A stretch of DNA of 57,321 nucleotides, from the NCBI GenBank assembly GCA_004524445.1, contig SDNP01000020.1:1-57321 (forward strand), written 5' to 3'. Both the position numbers and the translations under genes were made by a program. Position 1 is the stretch's first letter; the number at the start of each line of letters is the position of its first letter. The stretch comes from Candidatus Thorarchaeota archaeon. Lineage in GTDB: Archaea > Asgardarchaeota > Thorarchaeia > Thorarchaeales > Thorarchaeaceae. Shown in pieces: positions 29,378 through 39,875 of the stretch. Under the pieces are notes generated by a model that ran no database searches, was not told the DNA's origin, and saw nothing but the letters and a program-made list of their open reading frames with translations.

Positions 29378-30946
29378 TCATTCTTCTCCAGTATATAGAA
29401 TCGGAAGCACCCAGTTAGAGAACCCCAAGAGACCGCCCAGTATCCATATACTCGCAAGATTGAAGTGCCAAAGGGCCAGTGGGATGGATGTTATTCCCAT
29501 GATTAGAAAGATGCCTGCGAGTACAAGGAGAAAGATTAAGTCTGCAATCAGAACTCCCATAATAGAATGCCCTTGTTTCTTTCTATAGAGAGGAATTGCA
29601 AATGCAAGTCCCAGCAAAATTGCTATGCTGATTATTTCCTCCAACTGCATATTTGCAAATCCAAAAGTCTGAGATATTTCAGCTGTTTCTCCTTCATCTG
29701 TAATAACCTCAATGGTGACTTCATGTTCCCATTTAGTATATTCTGCAGTGTTGATGTAAAATACAAATTCTCCCGCTGAAGCAGTGTAGTTGGTGTACTC
29801 TGCTATCTCAACGTCGTCTACATAGATAGTTACAGAAACGGTTTCCCATGTAGTTGTGATTTCGACTTTGAATTCCGCATATCCTGAAACGACATCTTCA
29901 TCCGGCGATATGAAACTCAGTTCAGGCACACCATGATTGTCTACCACGAGGACCATGGAGTATTTCCATGAATGGCCAAAATCATCATAGGCTATGAACA
30001 GAAAATCATGTTCGCCTTCTGAATAAGTTGTGGTATTGAAGCTAATTGTGCTTCGACCAACTGGTATCGACTGGTTAACAACGGCACTAATCTCATTATC
30101 AACGTAAATTGAAAAGAGCACGTCTTCGTAGGGCGTGAATACTCTGACAGTGAAATCGACGGTTTCCGATATTCTGTCAAACCCAGAATAACCGGAAACA
30201 GCAAATCTAACATGATCAAGAAAGACCAATTCAACTGAATCTGTGTCCGTCAATCCTTCTTCAGTCACTACACGAGCCTCAATTTCATGCAACCCATTTT
30301 CGTACCTAGTGCCATTGATTGTGAAGTTTGACGCGCCAGTATCGACTAATGTATTATTGAACTCAGACGTTATCTCGCCGTCTACAGTGATATTGAGATA
30401 TACCTGACTGTATCCTGAGGTAATATTGATGTAAAGATCATCAAGACCTGTGAAATTAGACAGCGATGTTGGTGCTAGAATATCTACCACTGGAGCTCCG
30501 TAATTATTGACTTCGAACACCAAATAGTAGCTTTCTTTGTCGTTGGTGCCTGTGGAATTGTCGACAAAAAGCAATGTAAAATTCAAGAGGCCCTCTGAGA
30601 GGGTAGTTGTGTCCACCGTCACATTTTGGGTGCCTGTACCAATTTCTGTATGGTTGTAATCGGGATAAATTTCTCCATCAATAAAGAGAGTTAGATTGAG
30701 AGGACCGTTCACAGAGGATATATCCAGAGTCATATTGAAGGTTCCTGCAACAATGCTCTGATTTGCTGGCTCCAACAGGGTGATGGTAATATTATCCGAG
30801 TCAAAACCTGAAATCTTGCTGTGTCCAACTGGTGCCTCAGTTATCACCTTTGATTCATTGGTGACTGGTAAAGTCATATTCATCGGAAGTAATCCTATTG
30901 CCAATATTGCTGTGACCATGATTACTAGCGCAACTTTGTCTTTCAT
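29378..30946 (-). CDS. Cell-surface glycoprotein with four Ig-like repeats and C-terminal TM anchor
   Basis: Signal peptide; repeated [IV]D[GND]...[DN]TTxxSEGxH units; many NxS/T sequons; three C-terminal TM helices. Confidence 0.8.
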   Translation of the reverse strand: MKDKVALVIMVTAILAIGLLPMNMTLPVTNESKVITEAPVGHSKISGFDSDNITITLLEPANQSIVAGTFNMTLDISSVNGPLNLTLFIDGEIYPDYNHTEIGTGTQNVTVDTTTLSEGLLNFTLLFVDNSTGTNDKESYYLVFEVNNYGAPVVDILAPTSLSNFTGLDDLYINITSGYSQVYLNITVDGEITSEFNNTLVDTGASNFTINGTRYENGLHEIEARVVTEEGLTDTDSVELVFLDHVRFAVSGYSGFDRISETVDFTVRVFTPYEDVLFSIYVDNEISAVVNQSIPVGRSTISFNTTTYSEGEHDFLFIAYDDFGHSWKYSMVLVVDNHGVPELSFISPDEDVVSGYAEFKVEITTTWETVSVTIYVDDVEIAEYTNYTASAGEFVFYINTAEYTKWEHEVTIEVITDEGETAEISQTFGFANMQLEEIISIAILLGLAFAIPLYRKKQGHSIMGVLIADLIFLLVLAGIFLIMGITSIPLALWHFNLASIWILGGLLGFSNWVLPILYTGEE

Positions 30947-31103
30947 TCTGAAGCCGTCCTAACACCCAGTGACTTTTCATAGGGCGGATGAGCCTCAAGA
31001 ATTGGGACTACTTTTAAGGCTAGCGCCAGTTACAACGTCGTACGAATGAAGTTTTATCAGCAAGTGATATTTCAATAATAAAAGTCGCATCAAGGTGTGT
31101 ATC

Positions 31104-33500
31104 ATGGCCACGGCGAAAAATCAACACGAGGTTGAAATTTGGTCTGCATCGAATGAGTTGTCCGAACGAGTGAAAGCTCTACGAAACCACTTCTATTCGT
31201 TCTATGAGCGAGAGGTAACAAATGAGCCCTACTCATTTACAACAGGCACTGAATGGGATGAAGTCTATACATATCATGACTGGGCAAATGAACCTGCAAT
31301 CTACCAATTCATGCCCTCAATTGATCAGACGCTGAAGGCAATGGCTGTGAGTGTTGAGCTTCCGGAGGATTTCTGGGAGCATTCGCTGCCACACAGGAGA
31401 GCTGTTTTCTTCCATGAGGTTATGACACACTATATGCCCGTGGAAATTATAGGTGGAGAATTGATTGTTGGCTTCAACTTCAACACCGCCTTGTCGCGGT
31501 CTCTGAATGAGAACGAAACAAAAGAAAGAAACAAAGAAACCGATAAATGGTTCGAGAAAGCTAAGCGGCTTAACAACCTTGGAGTGGGTACTGCTTCGTC
31601 TGCACCTGGTCATATAATTCCAAATTATGCAAAAGTTCTGAAGATTGGTATGAAGGGACTTGTGCAGGAGTTCGAGGAGATACTGGCGTCGGATATATCT
31701 GATGAGCACCGCGACTTTATTGAGGCGCTGATTCTAAGTTGCAGGACCGCTCGGGATTTCAACTTGCGATATGCTGAGCTAGCAGAAGATCGCGCTGCTG
31801 AAACGGATGATGCTGAACGACAAGCGGAGCTTGAAGAGATCGCCAGCATTTGTACAAAGGTTCCTTGGGAGCCTGCCCAAACCTTCTGGGAGGCATTGCA
31901 GTCATTGTGGACAACGCATATGCTTGTGATGGCATGTGAATCTTACCCCGGCGCGGGGCTTTCACATGGAAGGTGGGACCAGTATCTGTATCCATTTTAC
32001 AAAGAAAGCTTGGAGAATAATGAGCTAACAAGACACGAAGCCAAGGAACTACTTCAGTGCTATTGGATAAAGCATAATTACGTATACGATTACCAAGGAC
32101 GTTTGGGAATCAATCAGGGCATAAACTCCAGTTTTGGGCAACTTATCACCCTCAGCGGAATGGGGCCTAATGGAGAAGATCTGACAAATGATCTTACCTG
32201 GCTTGCCCTAGAAGTCATTGAAGAAATGAATCTTCTGGAACCAAAGCCCAACGTTAGATTACATAACAATACTCCCCAGGACTTTCTAATACGAGTATCT
32301 GAAATGCTTGCAAATGCTCAGGGATCTCCCTTCTTAATGAATTTCGATGAGAACAGCATTGAGGGCCTTGTCTGGCAGGGCATCCCCCGCGAGGATGCGT
32401 GGGATTATGGGATTGTTGGTTGTCTGGAAAACACTATGCAGGGAAATGATCGATCAGGCACGGTAGACGTTAACCTCAATCTCGCAAAAGCAATTGAACA
32501 TGCTCTAAATAATGGAAAGGATGCAGCCACGGGTGAACAGGTCGGAGCAAGCACAGGCGATCCCCGTTCATTTAACACGTACGATGATTTTGTTCATGCT
32601 GTCAAGGTCCAGCTGGACACTCTTGTCGATCTCTTAGTGGAGGTTGGTAATGAAGCGGACACATTGAGAGCCAAATACCAGCCAACTCCATATTTGAGTG
32701 CACTGATGGACGGTTGTGCTGAGAAGGGCAAGGATATCAATCAGGGTGGAACAATATGGAACTTCAATACCATTGAAGGCATGGGAATTGCAACTCTGGC
32801 GGATTCAGTCACTGCTGTGAAAAGGATGGTCTATGATGAAGAACGGATTTCTATGACTGAGCTTCTTCAAGCTCTTGAAGACAACTACGAAGGTCATGAA
32901 GAAATCCGACAATTGCTACGAACCAAGGCTCCCAAATTTGGAAATGATGACGATTACGCCGATAAAATCGCACGGGATCTCTCCGTGTATTGGGCCAAGA
33001 AAGCATTCTCTCATCAGAACCCCTTCACTGGAAGAAGATACCGAGCTGGATATCTAAGCTGGAACTACTTCGTCCCCCTTGCCCCCCTCACAGCAGCAAC
33101 ACCCGATGGTAGAAAACGCGGCGAGTTCCTATCAAATGGTGTGGGCGCTGTACAGGGAATGGATGCTAAGGGACCAACCGCCTCCATACGCTCCGTTGGA
33201 AAGCTGGGCTTAGAAACCGTTCCGAATGGAGCCTCACATACCATCTCTCTCAGTCCGTCAATGGTGAAGACTCCCGAGCATATTGAGAAGCTAGCCGCGT
33301 TACTCCGAGCCTATAACGAGCTCGGTGGTACTGCGCTGCAAATCAATATCATCGATAGTGAAACTCTTAGAGATGCACAGAAACACCCCGATCAGTACTC
33401 CAATCTCTTGGTTCGCGTAACTGGCTACAATGCCTATTTCACCCAGATTGGCAGAGCGCTGCAAGAGGAAATCATATCCAGAACCGAACACAGGCTGTGA
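31104..33500 (+). CDS. Glycyl radical enzyme (PFL2-like, not canonical PFL)
   Basis: GRWDQYL, GCLEN (single Cys), PKFGNDD, ATPDGRK, RVTGYN. Confidence 0.92.
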   Translation: MATAKNQHEVEIWSASNELSERVKALRNHFYSFYEREVTNEPYSFTTGTEWDEVYTYHDWANEPAIYQFMPSIDQTLKAMAVSVELPEDFWEHSLPHRRAVFFHEVMTHYMPVEIIGGELIVGFNFNTALSRSLNENETKERNKETDKWFEKAKRLNNLGVGTASSAPGHIIPNYAKVLKIGMKGLVQEFEEILASDISDEHRDFIEALILSCRTARDFNLRYAELAEDRAAETDDAERQAELEEIASICTKVPWEPAQTFWEALQSLWTTHMLVMACESYPGAGLSHGRWDQYLYPFYKESLENNELTRHEAKELLQCYWIKHNYVYDYQGRLGINQGINSSFGQLITLSGMGPNGEDLTNDLTWLALEVIEEMNLLEPKPNVRLHNNTPQDFLIRVSEMLANAQGSPFLMNFDENSIEGLVWQGIPREDAWDYGIVGCLENTMQGNDRSGTVDVNLNLAKAIEHALNNGKDAATGEQVGASTGDPRSFNTYDDFVHAVKVQLDTLVDLLVEVGNEADTLRAKYQPTPYLSALMDGCAEKGKDINQGGTIWNFNTIEGMGIATLADSVTAVKRMVYDEERISMTELLQALEDNYEGHEEIRQLLRTKAPKFGNDDDYADKIARDLSVYWAKKAFSHQNPFTGRRYRAGYLSWNYFVPLAPLTAATPDGRKRGEFLSNGVGAVQGMDAKGPTASIRSVGKLGLETVPNGASHTISLSPSMVKTPEHIEKLAALLRAYNELGGTALQINIIDSETLRDAQKHPDQYSNLLVRVTGYNAYFTQIGRALQEEIISRTEHRL

Positions 33501-34477
33501 TGGTTACGAACGGAATTATTACGAATATCCAACGATGTTCAACCGAAGATGGTCCTGGCATTCGAACTACTGTTTTCCTAAAGGGGTGCCCGCTATCCTG
33601 TCTTTGGTGTCACAATATTGAAACAATCAGTCCCGACAAGCAAATTGTGTGGCATGGAGTGAAATGCATTGCTGACGAGGCATGTATCCAGGCGTGTCCG
33701 GAGGGGGCACTCAAATTGACGGCTGAGGGTATGCAGATCGACAAACAGAGGTGTATCCTTTGTGGAGCATGCGAAAATGTCTGTCCAACGGGCGCCATTG
33801 AGATAATGGGGACTGAGTGGGAGGCACACGCCTTAGCAGAGGAATTGAAGAGAGATCGAGTCTTCTTTCAGACCTCCAATGGAGGTGTTACAATATCGGG
33901 AGGCGAACCATTAGCGCAACCCGCATTCACACAGGAGCTAGCCAGATTATTGAACCGTGATGGAGTTCATGTTGCATTGGATACAACTGGGTATGCCAGT
34001 GAACGTATTTGGAGAAACGTTATTCGTCATGTGGACCTCATCCTCTTTGACCTTAAATTGATGGATGATAAGAAGCATAGAGAGTATACAGGTGTTGGTT
34101 TGGAAGCAATACATCGCAATGCGAAGATAATTAATGAATACAAGATACCGGTTTGGGTTCGAACACCGGTTATTCCTGGTCATACTGATGATGAAGACAA
34201 TATACTGGAAATTGCTCAGTTCATCAAGAAGAATATGCCAACATGCCAACGTTATGACTTGCTGGCTTTCAATAATATGTGCATCGAAAAATATGGTCTC
34301 TTTGGGCTTAAGTACCCGCTAAGAGGTTATGACTTGATAGAGAAGGATAAGATGGAGCAGCTGGCAAAAATTGCTCGGAACCAAGGAATTGAAAATGTTT
34401 GTTGGTCCGGGATGACACGTAGCGAAACAGAAACTAAGAATTCTCGGAGGATAGAGGAGGTTAAGAGCTGTGGATAA
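33497..34477 (+). CDS. Glycyl-radical enzyme activating protein (radical SAM + ferredoxin insert)
   Basis: DGPGIRTTVFLKGCPLSCLWCHN; CILCGACENVCP; SGGEP. Confidence 0.95.
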   Translation: MMVTNGIITNIQRCSTEDGPGIRTTVFLKGCPLSCLWCHNIETISPDKQIVWHGVKCIADEACIQACPEGALKLTAEGMQIDKQRCILCGACENVCPTGAIEIMGTEWEAHALAEELKRDRVFFQTSNGGVTISGGEPLAQPAFTQELARLLNRDGVHVALDTTGYASERIWRNVIRHVDLILFDLKLMDDKKHREYTGVGLEAIHRNAKIINEYKIPVWVRTPVIPGHTDDEDNILEIAQFIKKNMPTCQRYDLLAFNNMCIEKYGLFGLKYPLRGYDLIEKDKMEQLAKIARNQGIENVCWSGMTRSETETKNSRRIEEVKSCG

Positions 34478-35294
34478 TGTTATTCATGACGAATTGGAGA
34501 ATGCAATGGCTCAATTCGAAAACCCAAAATTCATGTGTACCAAAGATGAAAATGAGGAGCCCAATATCGCGCTTGTCATGACCTGGACAGTATATGACCA
34601 AGATGCGCTTGTTTATGGCGACTTCATGACATACAAGACAAAAAATAACTTGGAGGCCGGAAATAATAAGCTGGGTCTTTGTGTCCTCACTCAGGATTTG
34701 GAAAATTGGATGATAAAGGCTGACTTCAAAGGGTACCATCGTAATGATGATGTTTACGAATTCATGGCTATGACCCCGCTATTCAGGTACAATCAATACA
34801 CAAATGCAAGGGCGGCAGGTCTTGCACATGCCTTCTGGGCAAGCGAGAAGTATTCCCAATCAAAAATAGGAGTGCTATCCTCCTATGTGAAGGCAAGACT
34901 CTCAGCTCGAAAGGTCCCTCAGAAGCCCAGCGAAGAGGGAAATATGCCGCGAAATGTGAAAGACAGAATGGATAAAATGACAGCTGTCAAAGTTGTATGT
35001 TATATTGACAAAGATGGATACCCATCAGCATTTCCAGCGTTCGGTATGGCATCAGCCTCTGAGAATAGAATTGTATTGGATCGTGGACCCGAAATTGACC
35101 GGAATGCAGATTTAGTCGATGGTCAAAGAGTCGCGATATCACTGGTGACCTTAGAACCTGCCGCTTTCCAATTAAAGGGAACATTCCGTGAATTGGATAC
35201 GAAATCAGCGTACGTGGAACTCGACCGTGTTTATACATGTTCTCTACCTCGACCCGGGCTCAGAGTCGATATACCGCTTCTGGAGCGATTGTAG
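34470..35294 (+). CDS. Tandem pyridoxamine-5'-phosphate-oxidase-like (split barrel) protein
   Basis: CTKDENEEPNI...KTKNNL and CYIDKDGYP...FQLKGTF...VYTCS repeats. Confidence 0.7.
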   Translation: MDNVIHDELENAMAQFENPKFMCTKDENEEPNIALVMTWTVYDQDALVYGDFMTYKTKNNLEAGNNKLGLCVLTQDLENWMIKADFKGYHRNDDVYEFMAMTPLFRYNQYTNARAAGLAHAFWASEKYSQSKIGVLSSYVKARLSARKVPQKPSEEGNMPRNVKDRMDKMTAVKVVCYIDKDGYPSAFPAFGMASASENRIVLDRGPEIDRNADLVDGQRVAISLVTLEPAAFQLKGTFRELDTKSAYVELDRVYTCSLPRPGLRVDIPLLERL

Positions 35295-35358
35295 CTATCT
35301 TCAGATCACCGTAATGATTATGATTTGAGCGTCCTATACCCCCTAAGGCGGCTGTGAT

Positions 35359-35889
35359 ATGGAAAGATATGAATACCAAGGCAAGGCCGGTAAAGAAATC
35401 ATTGTACGCCATGCTCGTTCCAGCGACGCTGAGGATATGCGGGCAGAATTTTGCAGAGTCGTTGAAGAGTCAAAATGGCTACCAATATTGACAGCCACCT
35501 CTAGAAGAGCTGATTGGATAGATTGGATTCATAGGGCTATCCATACCCGTGAGTTTCTCTTGGTAGCCACAATATTAGATAGCTATGTTGGACATCTATC
35601 TTTGCAGCCTGAGGAATGGGGAGCGTCTCAACATGTTGCGAAATTGGGAATTATTGTAAAACAGGAAATGCGTGGGCATGGTGTGGGGCGGGCCCTGATG
35701 CTGGCTGCTGAAGAAGTCGCGATTTCTAATAATTATGAAAAGATAATTCTTAGTACATTTGCCAATAATGTTGCCGCATTGCAGCTCTATGAATCAATTG
35801 GCTATTCCAAAGTTGGTAAGCGATTGCGTCACTTCAAGATGCCCAAAGGATATATTGATGAAATACTTATGGAGAAGCTGCTTCAATAG
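35359..35889 (+). CDS. GNAT family acetyltransferase
   Basis: RGHGVGRAL, NVAALQLYESIGY. Confidence 0.9.
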   Translation: MERYEYQGKAGKEIIVRHARSSDAEDMRAEFCRVVEESKWLPILTATSRRADWIDWIHRAIHTREFLLVATILDSYVGHLSLQPEEWGASQHVAKLGIIVKQEMRGHGVGRALMLAAEEVAISNNYEKIILSTFANNVAALQLYESIGYSKVGKRLRHFKMPKGYIDEILMEKLLQ

Positions 35890-35892
35890 GTT

Positions 35893-36426
35893 TTGATAAT
35901 CGAGGAGAATCTCGTCATGTGGAGGAAAATAAACGACCACTTTCAGGACTCACCCCAAAGACTCGAAGTGGCTAAGGCATTCATTCGACATGGGTTTTCG
36001 GTCGCTGCACCGGGTGATATCCGCTGCGGAGATATTCATATTCCCCTAAAGTCGGTAGGAGATGCGCTAGGGGTTGATAGGAGAACAGTCAGAGCCACTA
36101 CCCAAGATATTTGTGATGATGCCCAGCTATTCACTTTCTTCTCAAGACTTGAGCCAGCAGGTGCTTCACTCGAAAAAGTCAGTAGGTCCCTAGGATATGG
36201 CGTTGTCACCATTTATGTTGAATCTCCCGAAAATCCCGGAATTCTCTCCGAAGTAACATCTACTATAGCTGGCTACGGCATTGCTATAAGACAGGTTCTA
36301 GCTGAAGATGTTGCCATTTATCAGCAGCCCTGTCTCAAAGTCATAACCGAAGAACGGTTGCCAGGGGCTGCTATTGATATACTCACGGACATAAAAGGTG
36401 TCAGTAAAGTCATCATAACGACATAG
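35893..36426 (+). CDS. Archaeal regulator of amino-acid metabolism, HTH + ACT domain
   Basis: ALGVDRRTV, PGILSEV, IAIRQ. Confidence 0.85.
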   Translation: MIIEENLVMWRKINDHFQDSPQRLEVAKAFIRHGFSVAAPGDIRCGDIHIPLKSVGDALGVDRRTVRATTQDICDDAQLFTFFSRLEPAGASLEKVSRSLGYGVVTIYVESPENPGILSEVTSTIAGYGIAIRQVLAEDVAIYQQPCLKVITEERLPGAAIDILTDIKGVSKVIITT

Positions 36427-36625
36427 AGTTATGATTTTCACAATGTTCAATATCTCACATCTTGGCGCAGTAGTAGTCGCTTTTGGTCCAATGCCAATAA
36501 ACGAACAATCAGGCACAGAATAGGAACATCTCTTCTTCTCTCCTGAGAAGCCCATGTAATCTCTTTCTCCTATAGAGGTTTGAAATATCTTATTACCGTA
36601 GCCATGATTTGTCTAGTGGATACAA

Positions 36626-37435
36626 ATGAGTTCCGCGAAGTATGATGATGTCCGGCAGATTCTCGATGCAGCAGAAAGGCATGGAATCAAGTTAAGAGTG
36701 CTGGGAGGCCTTGCAATTAGAAAGCATTGCTATGAAATTGATTTCTGTGAGCGTGACTATGCGGATATTGACCTTGTGGGTCTCAGCAGGCAGTCATCTG
36801 ATATTGTGAAATTGATGCTGCAACTAGGATATGAAGAAGTTCGGTCAATGACTTACGCCACTGGTGGTACTAGGCTTCTATTCACGAAACCGGAATCTCC
36901 CTTGCACATTGACGTGTTTCTGGACCAGCTCAATATTGAGCATGCTATTGATCTCAGAACGCGATTGGATATAGAGGATGAAACCATCTCAGTAACCGAC
37001 CTTCTTCTGGCTAAATTAACAATTACAAGAATCAACGAAAAAGATCTCCGCGACATTGTGACCCTTCTAAAAGACTTGAGCTATGGAGAAGAAGATGAGC
37101 ATGGAATGATAAATTGGAGATATATTGTATCCCTGTGTTCCAGGAGGTGGGGGCTGTATACGGATGTCATTTTGACAATTGACCGAATTATTTCTCTGCT
37201 GAAGGATTATGAAATGACCGATTCTTCCAGAAAGCCAGTATTATCAAGATTGAAGCATTTGCGAGATCAAATTGTTAATGCGCCGAAGAGCATCAGATGG
37301 AAGTTGAGAGCCATACTTGGAACGCGGTTTTCATGGAGGCGTCCCGTTGAAGCAGAGACCATCACTTCCACATCTCTGGATGTTGAGCTGGCAAAGAAAA
37401 AACGGATATCACTTGATGAGGATAGATTTGCCTAA
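36626..37435 (+). CDS. Nucleotidyltransferase-fold protein
   Basis: VLGGLAI...RDYADIDL...HIDVF...DLLLAKL...EKDLRD. Confidence 0.72.
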   Translation: MSSAKYDDVRQILDAAERHGIKLRVLGGLAIRKHCYEIDFCERDYADIDLVGLSRQSSDIVKLMLQLGYEEVRSMTYATGGTRLLFTKPESPLHIDVFLDQLNIEHAIDLRTRLDIEDETISVTDLLLAKLTITRINEKDLRDIVTLLKDLSYGEEDEHGMINWRYIVSLCSRRWGLYTDVILTIDRIISLLKDYEMTDSSRKPVLSRLKHLRDQIVNAPKSIRWKLRAILGTRFSWRRPVEAETITSTSLDVELAKKKRISLDEDRFA

Positions 37436-37450
37436 CGCGAATCAATTTTG

Positions 37451-38290
37451 TCAGATAAACTCTGCAGCAACATAAGCAACGACATTTCCGTTATCGCCTG
37501 TCACATCCCCTGAGTTGGAATACTTAAGTAAGTTGAACTCGATAGCACCCAATTCTTTGGCAAAGACAAGTGCAGTTGTGATTGGTGCTGCGCCGCAAAT
37601 ACTAACTCTATGACTAGTAACGAAATTTAGAAATCCCTCAGGATCTAAGAACTCCAAGAATTCCATCGCTTGGTTGTCTTTCTTTCTGGCACTATCCGAT
37701 GATTCAAAATGCGTGAAGTCCGAGCTGGCAATGACTAAGATATCATCATCTTCAGCCAAGGAAGCGATCGTTTCACCGAGCGATTTACATACATCATAGT
37801 TCTGTGTGCCCATGCACATTGGAACAAAGGAAATGGGCGCATCAAACACATACTGAATGAATGGTAGCTGTACCTCAATAGAATGTTCCGAACTGTGTGC
37901 AATACAATCTGGAGCTGCATACTGATTTCTTTGTATGATCTCGGGACCAATCTCAGTATCATATTCAACTTCACCTAAAGGCGTCAGCCAGTCATCATTG
38001 CAAACTGCAACTCTTTCTCCCTGACCAGTATGGTTGGGACCGATTATAACAATATGACTGGGTCTTCCATCCCTGAATAAATCGAGATAACTATGTGCTG
38101 CCGTCATACCAGAATAGACATAGCCTGCGTGAGGAGCTATCAAAGCCTTGATGTTTCTTCTGTTACCAGGTTCACCCTCAGGGACTTCTCCTGGTCCCAT
38201 ATTTCCAGTGAAGGACTCACGAAGTCTCTTCAATAGCATGTCTTCGGTGCCTTCATAGAATTTACCGGCTACTACTGGCATTCTTGTCAT
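37451..38290 (-). CDS. MEMO1 family protein
   Basis: VAGKFY, PHAGYVYSG, GPNH, EHSIEVQLPF, SSDFTH, ICG. Confidence 0.95.
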   Translation of the reverse strand: MTRMPVVAGKFYEGTEDMLLKRLRESFTGNMGPGEVPEGEPGNRRNIKALIAPHAGYVYSGMTAAHSYLDLFRDGRPSHIVIIGPNHTGQGERVAVCNDDWLTPLGEVEYDTEIGPEIIQRNQYAAPDCIAHSSEHSIEVQLPFIQYVFDAPISFVPMCMGTQNYDVCKSLGETIASLAEDDDILVIASSDFTHFESSDSARKKDNQAMEFLEFLDPEGFLNFVTSHRVSICGAAPITTALVFAKELGAIEFNLLKYSNSGDVTGDNGNVVAYVAAEFI

Positions 38291-38389
38291 TGTGCTTCTC
38301 CTTGTCCTCTATGAAACCCTTGGACAAAAAGCTTTATGTTCCGTTAGAAAGGAAATGCCTAGAACGCTTACCATAGAGTACGAACTAGT

Positions 38390-39700
38390 TCACCTTTCAA
38401 GAAGCTCTGGAAGTGCATTTCTGAATTCTTTCAGATTAACCGTTTCTGTTTCCTTCGTTTTCATGTTTCGAAGACTGACTACTCCTTTCTTCAAATCTCG
38501 TTCTCCAACGATAATCGTATAGGATGCATTTTTTGAGTCTGCAAGCTCCAGTAATGTTCCAAGTGGCCTATCCATCAAATCAATATCACACTTGAAATCC
38601 ATCTCGACCAAGATGTTCCTCAGCCTCATTCCATGCTTTACCATATCTCGGTTAATGGGCGCAAAGAACACATCGAGGTCTGTTTCTAGTTTTGACGCAT
38701 AATCTTGTTCGAGCAAGATATCAACAATTCTATCAAGTCCGAGTGAGATACCCGTGGCTGGTGTTGAGGGGCCGCCAAACTTCTCAACTAGGTTGTCATA
38801 TCTACCACCTGCGAGAATTGAGCCTACGTCGGGTTCACCAAGATATTTGCCCTCAAAGACAGGTCCGGTATAGTAGTCGAGTCCCCGCGCGAGTGATATA
38901 TCGAATTCTATGTACTCGTTAACCTCGCAACTGTCAAAGATATCTGCCATGAACTCCAATTCTGCAGTTCCCTCCAACCCTATCTTACTGCCCTTGAGAA
39001 TCTGGCGAAATTCCGAAAAAATGGCTTTGTTTTTCCCTTTGACACCCACAACTCCCAGCAAGAATTCTGTTGCGGATTCACTAATCCCCCTCTTTTGGAG
39101 TTCATCTTGGACTCCATTCTTTCCTATTTTCTCTAGCTTGTCCATTGCTCTGAAGCATCCATTGGCTAAATTCTCAGAGACTCCAGCAACCTCTATGAGG
39201 CCTCGTAGAACCTTTCTGTTGTTTACTTTTACAATGTAGTCCTTTCCGAATGTTCTCCTTGCGAACTCCAATGCTAATAACACGACTTCTGCGTCAGCCG
39301 CTGGGCTGTCCGAACCGATGATATCCGCGTCAGCTTGGAGGAACTCTCTGTATCTCCCTGCCTGAGGTCTATCATAGCGCCACGCCTTGCCAATTGCATA
39401 GCGTTTGAATGGTTTTGGCAAATGCAGATTCGATGCAACAATTCTAGCAAGCGGGACAGTCAGATCAAAGCGCAGTCCTACCTCTCGGTCACCCTTGTCT
39501 GTGAATTTGAAAGTTTCAGCTTCAACTTCTTCGCCTCCCTTGGCTGACAGTGTTTCCCAGAGCTCCATGGCCGGGGAGTCAAGCGGTTCATATCCGTAAC
39601 AAGTGAAGACATCGACGGCAATGCTCTTCAGATAGTTCCTAATTTCCATCTCTGGGCCCAAGAGGTCTCTCATGCCTCTGACTGTCTGTAATTCACTCAA
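38390..39700 (-). CDS. hisS: Histidyl-tRNA synthetase
   Basis: RGMRD, LRFDLTVP, GRYREFLQ, RGLDYYTG, GGRYD. Confidence 0.97.
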   Translation of the reverse strand: MSELQTVRGMRDLLGPEMEIRNYLKSIAVDVFTCYGYEPLDSPAMELWETLSAKGGEEVEAETFKFTDKGDREVGLRFDLTVPLARIVASNLHLPKPFKRYAIGKAWRYDRPQAGRYREFLQADADIIGSDSPAADAEVVLLALEFARRTFGKDYIVKVNNRKVLRGLIEVAGVSENLANGCFRAMDKLEKIGKNGVQDELQKRGISESATEFLLGVVGVKGKNKAIFSEFRQILKGSKIGLEGTAELEFMADIFDSCEVNEYIEFDISLARGLDYYTGPVFEGKYLGEPDVGSILAGGRYDNLVEKFGGPSTPATGISLGLDRIVDILLEQDYASKLETDLDVFFAPINRDMVKHGMRLRNILVEMDFKCDIDLMDRPLGTLLELADSKNASYTIIVGERDLKKGVVSLRNMKTKETETVNLKEFRNALPELLER

Positions 39701-39875
39701 AATGAAGTCCTCCGTATGCTTACTTGCGTATCGCCTGGGAAAGCTTGAATGCCTGTTGCTATGTCACAAAAGAATATGAACAAATCCACCAGCTTTCACT
39801 TCAGGCACCAAGGAAGATGGGCCTGATTTGAACTTTAAGTCTTATGTTAAATCATTAAATATGCATGATTGGTCT

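Noticed and set aside
31104-33500. Canonical pyruvate formate-lyase
   Set aside because: It has a single active-site Cys (GCLE), not the adjacent Cys-Cys pair
36298-36555. Cys-containing 85-aa ORF on the minus strand
   Set aside because: It overlaps the ACT regulator by about 130 nt and matches no family I recognise; unsupported, though not excluded
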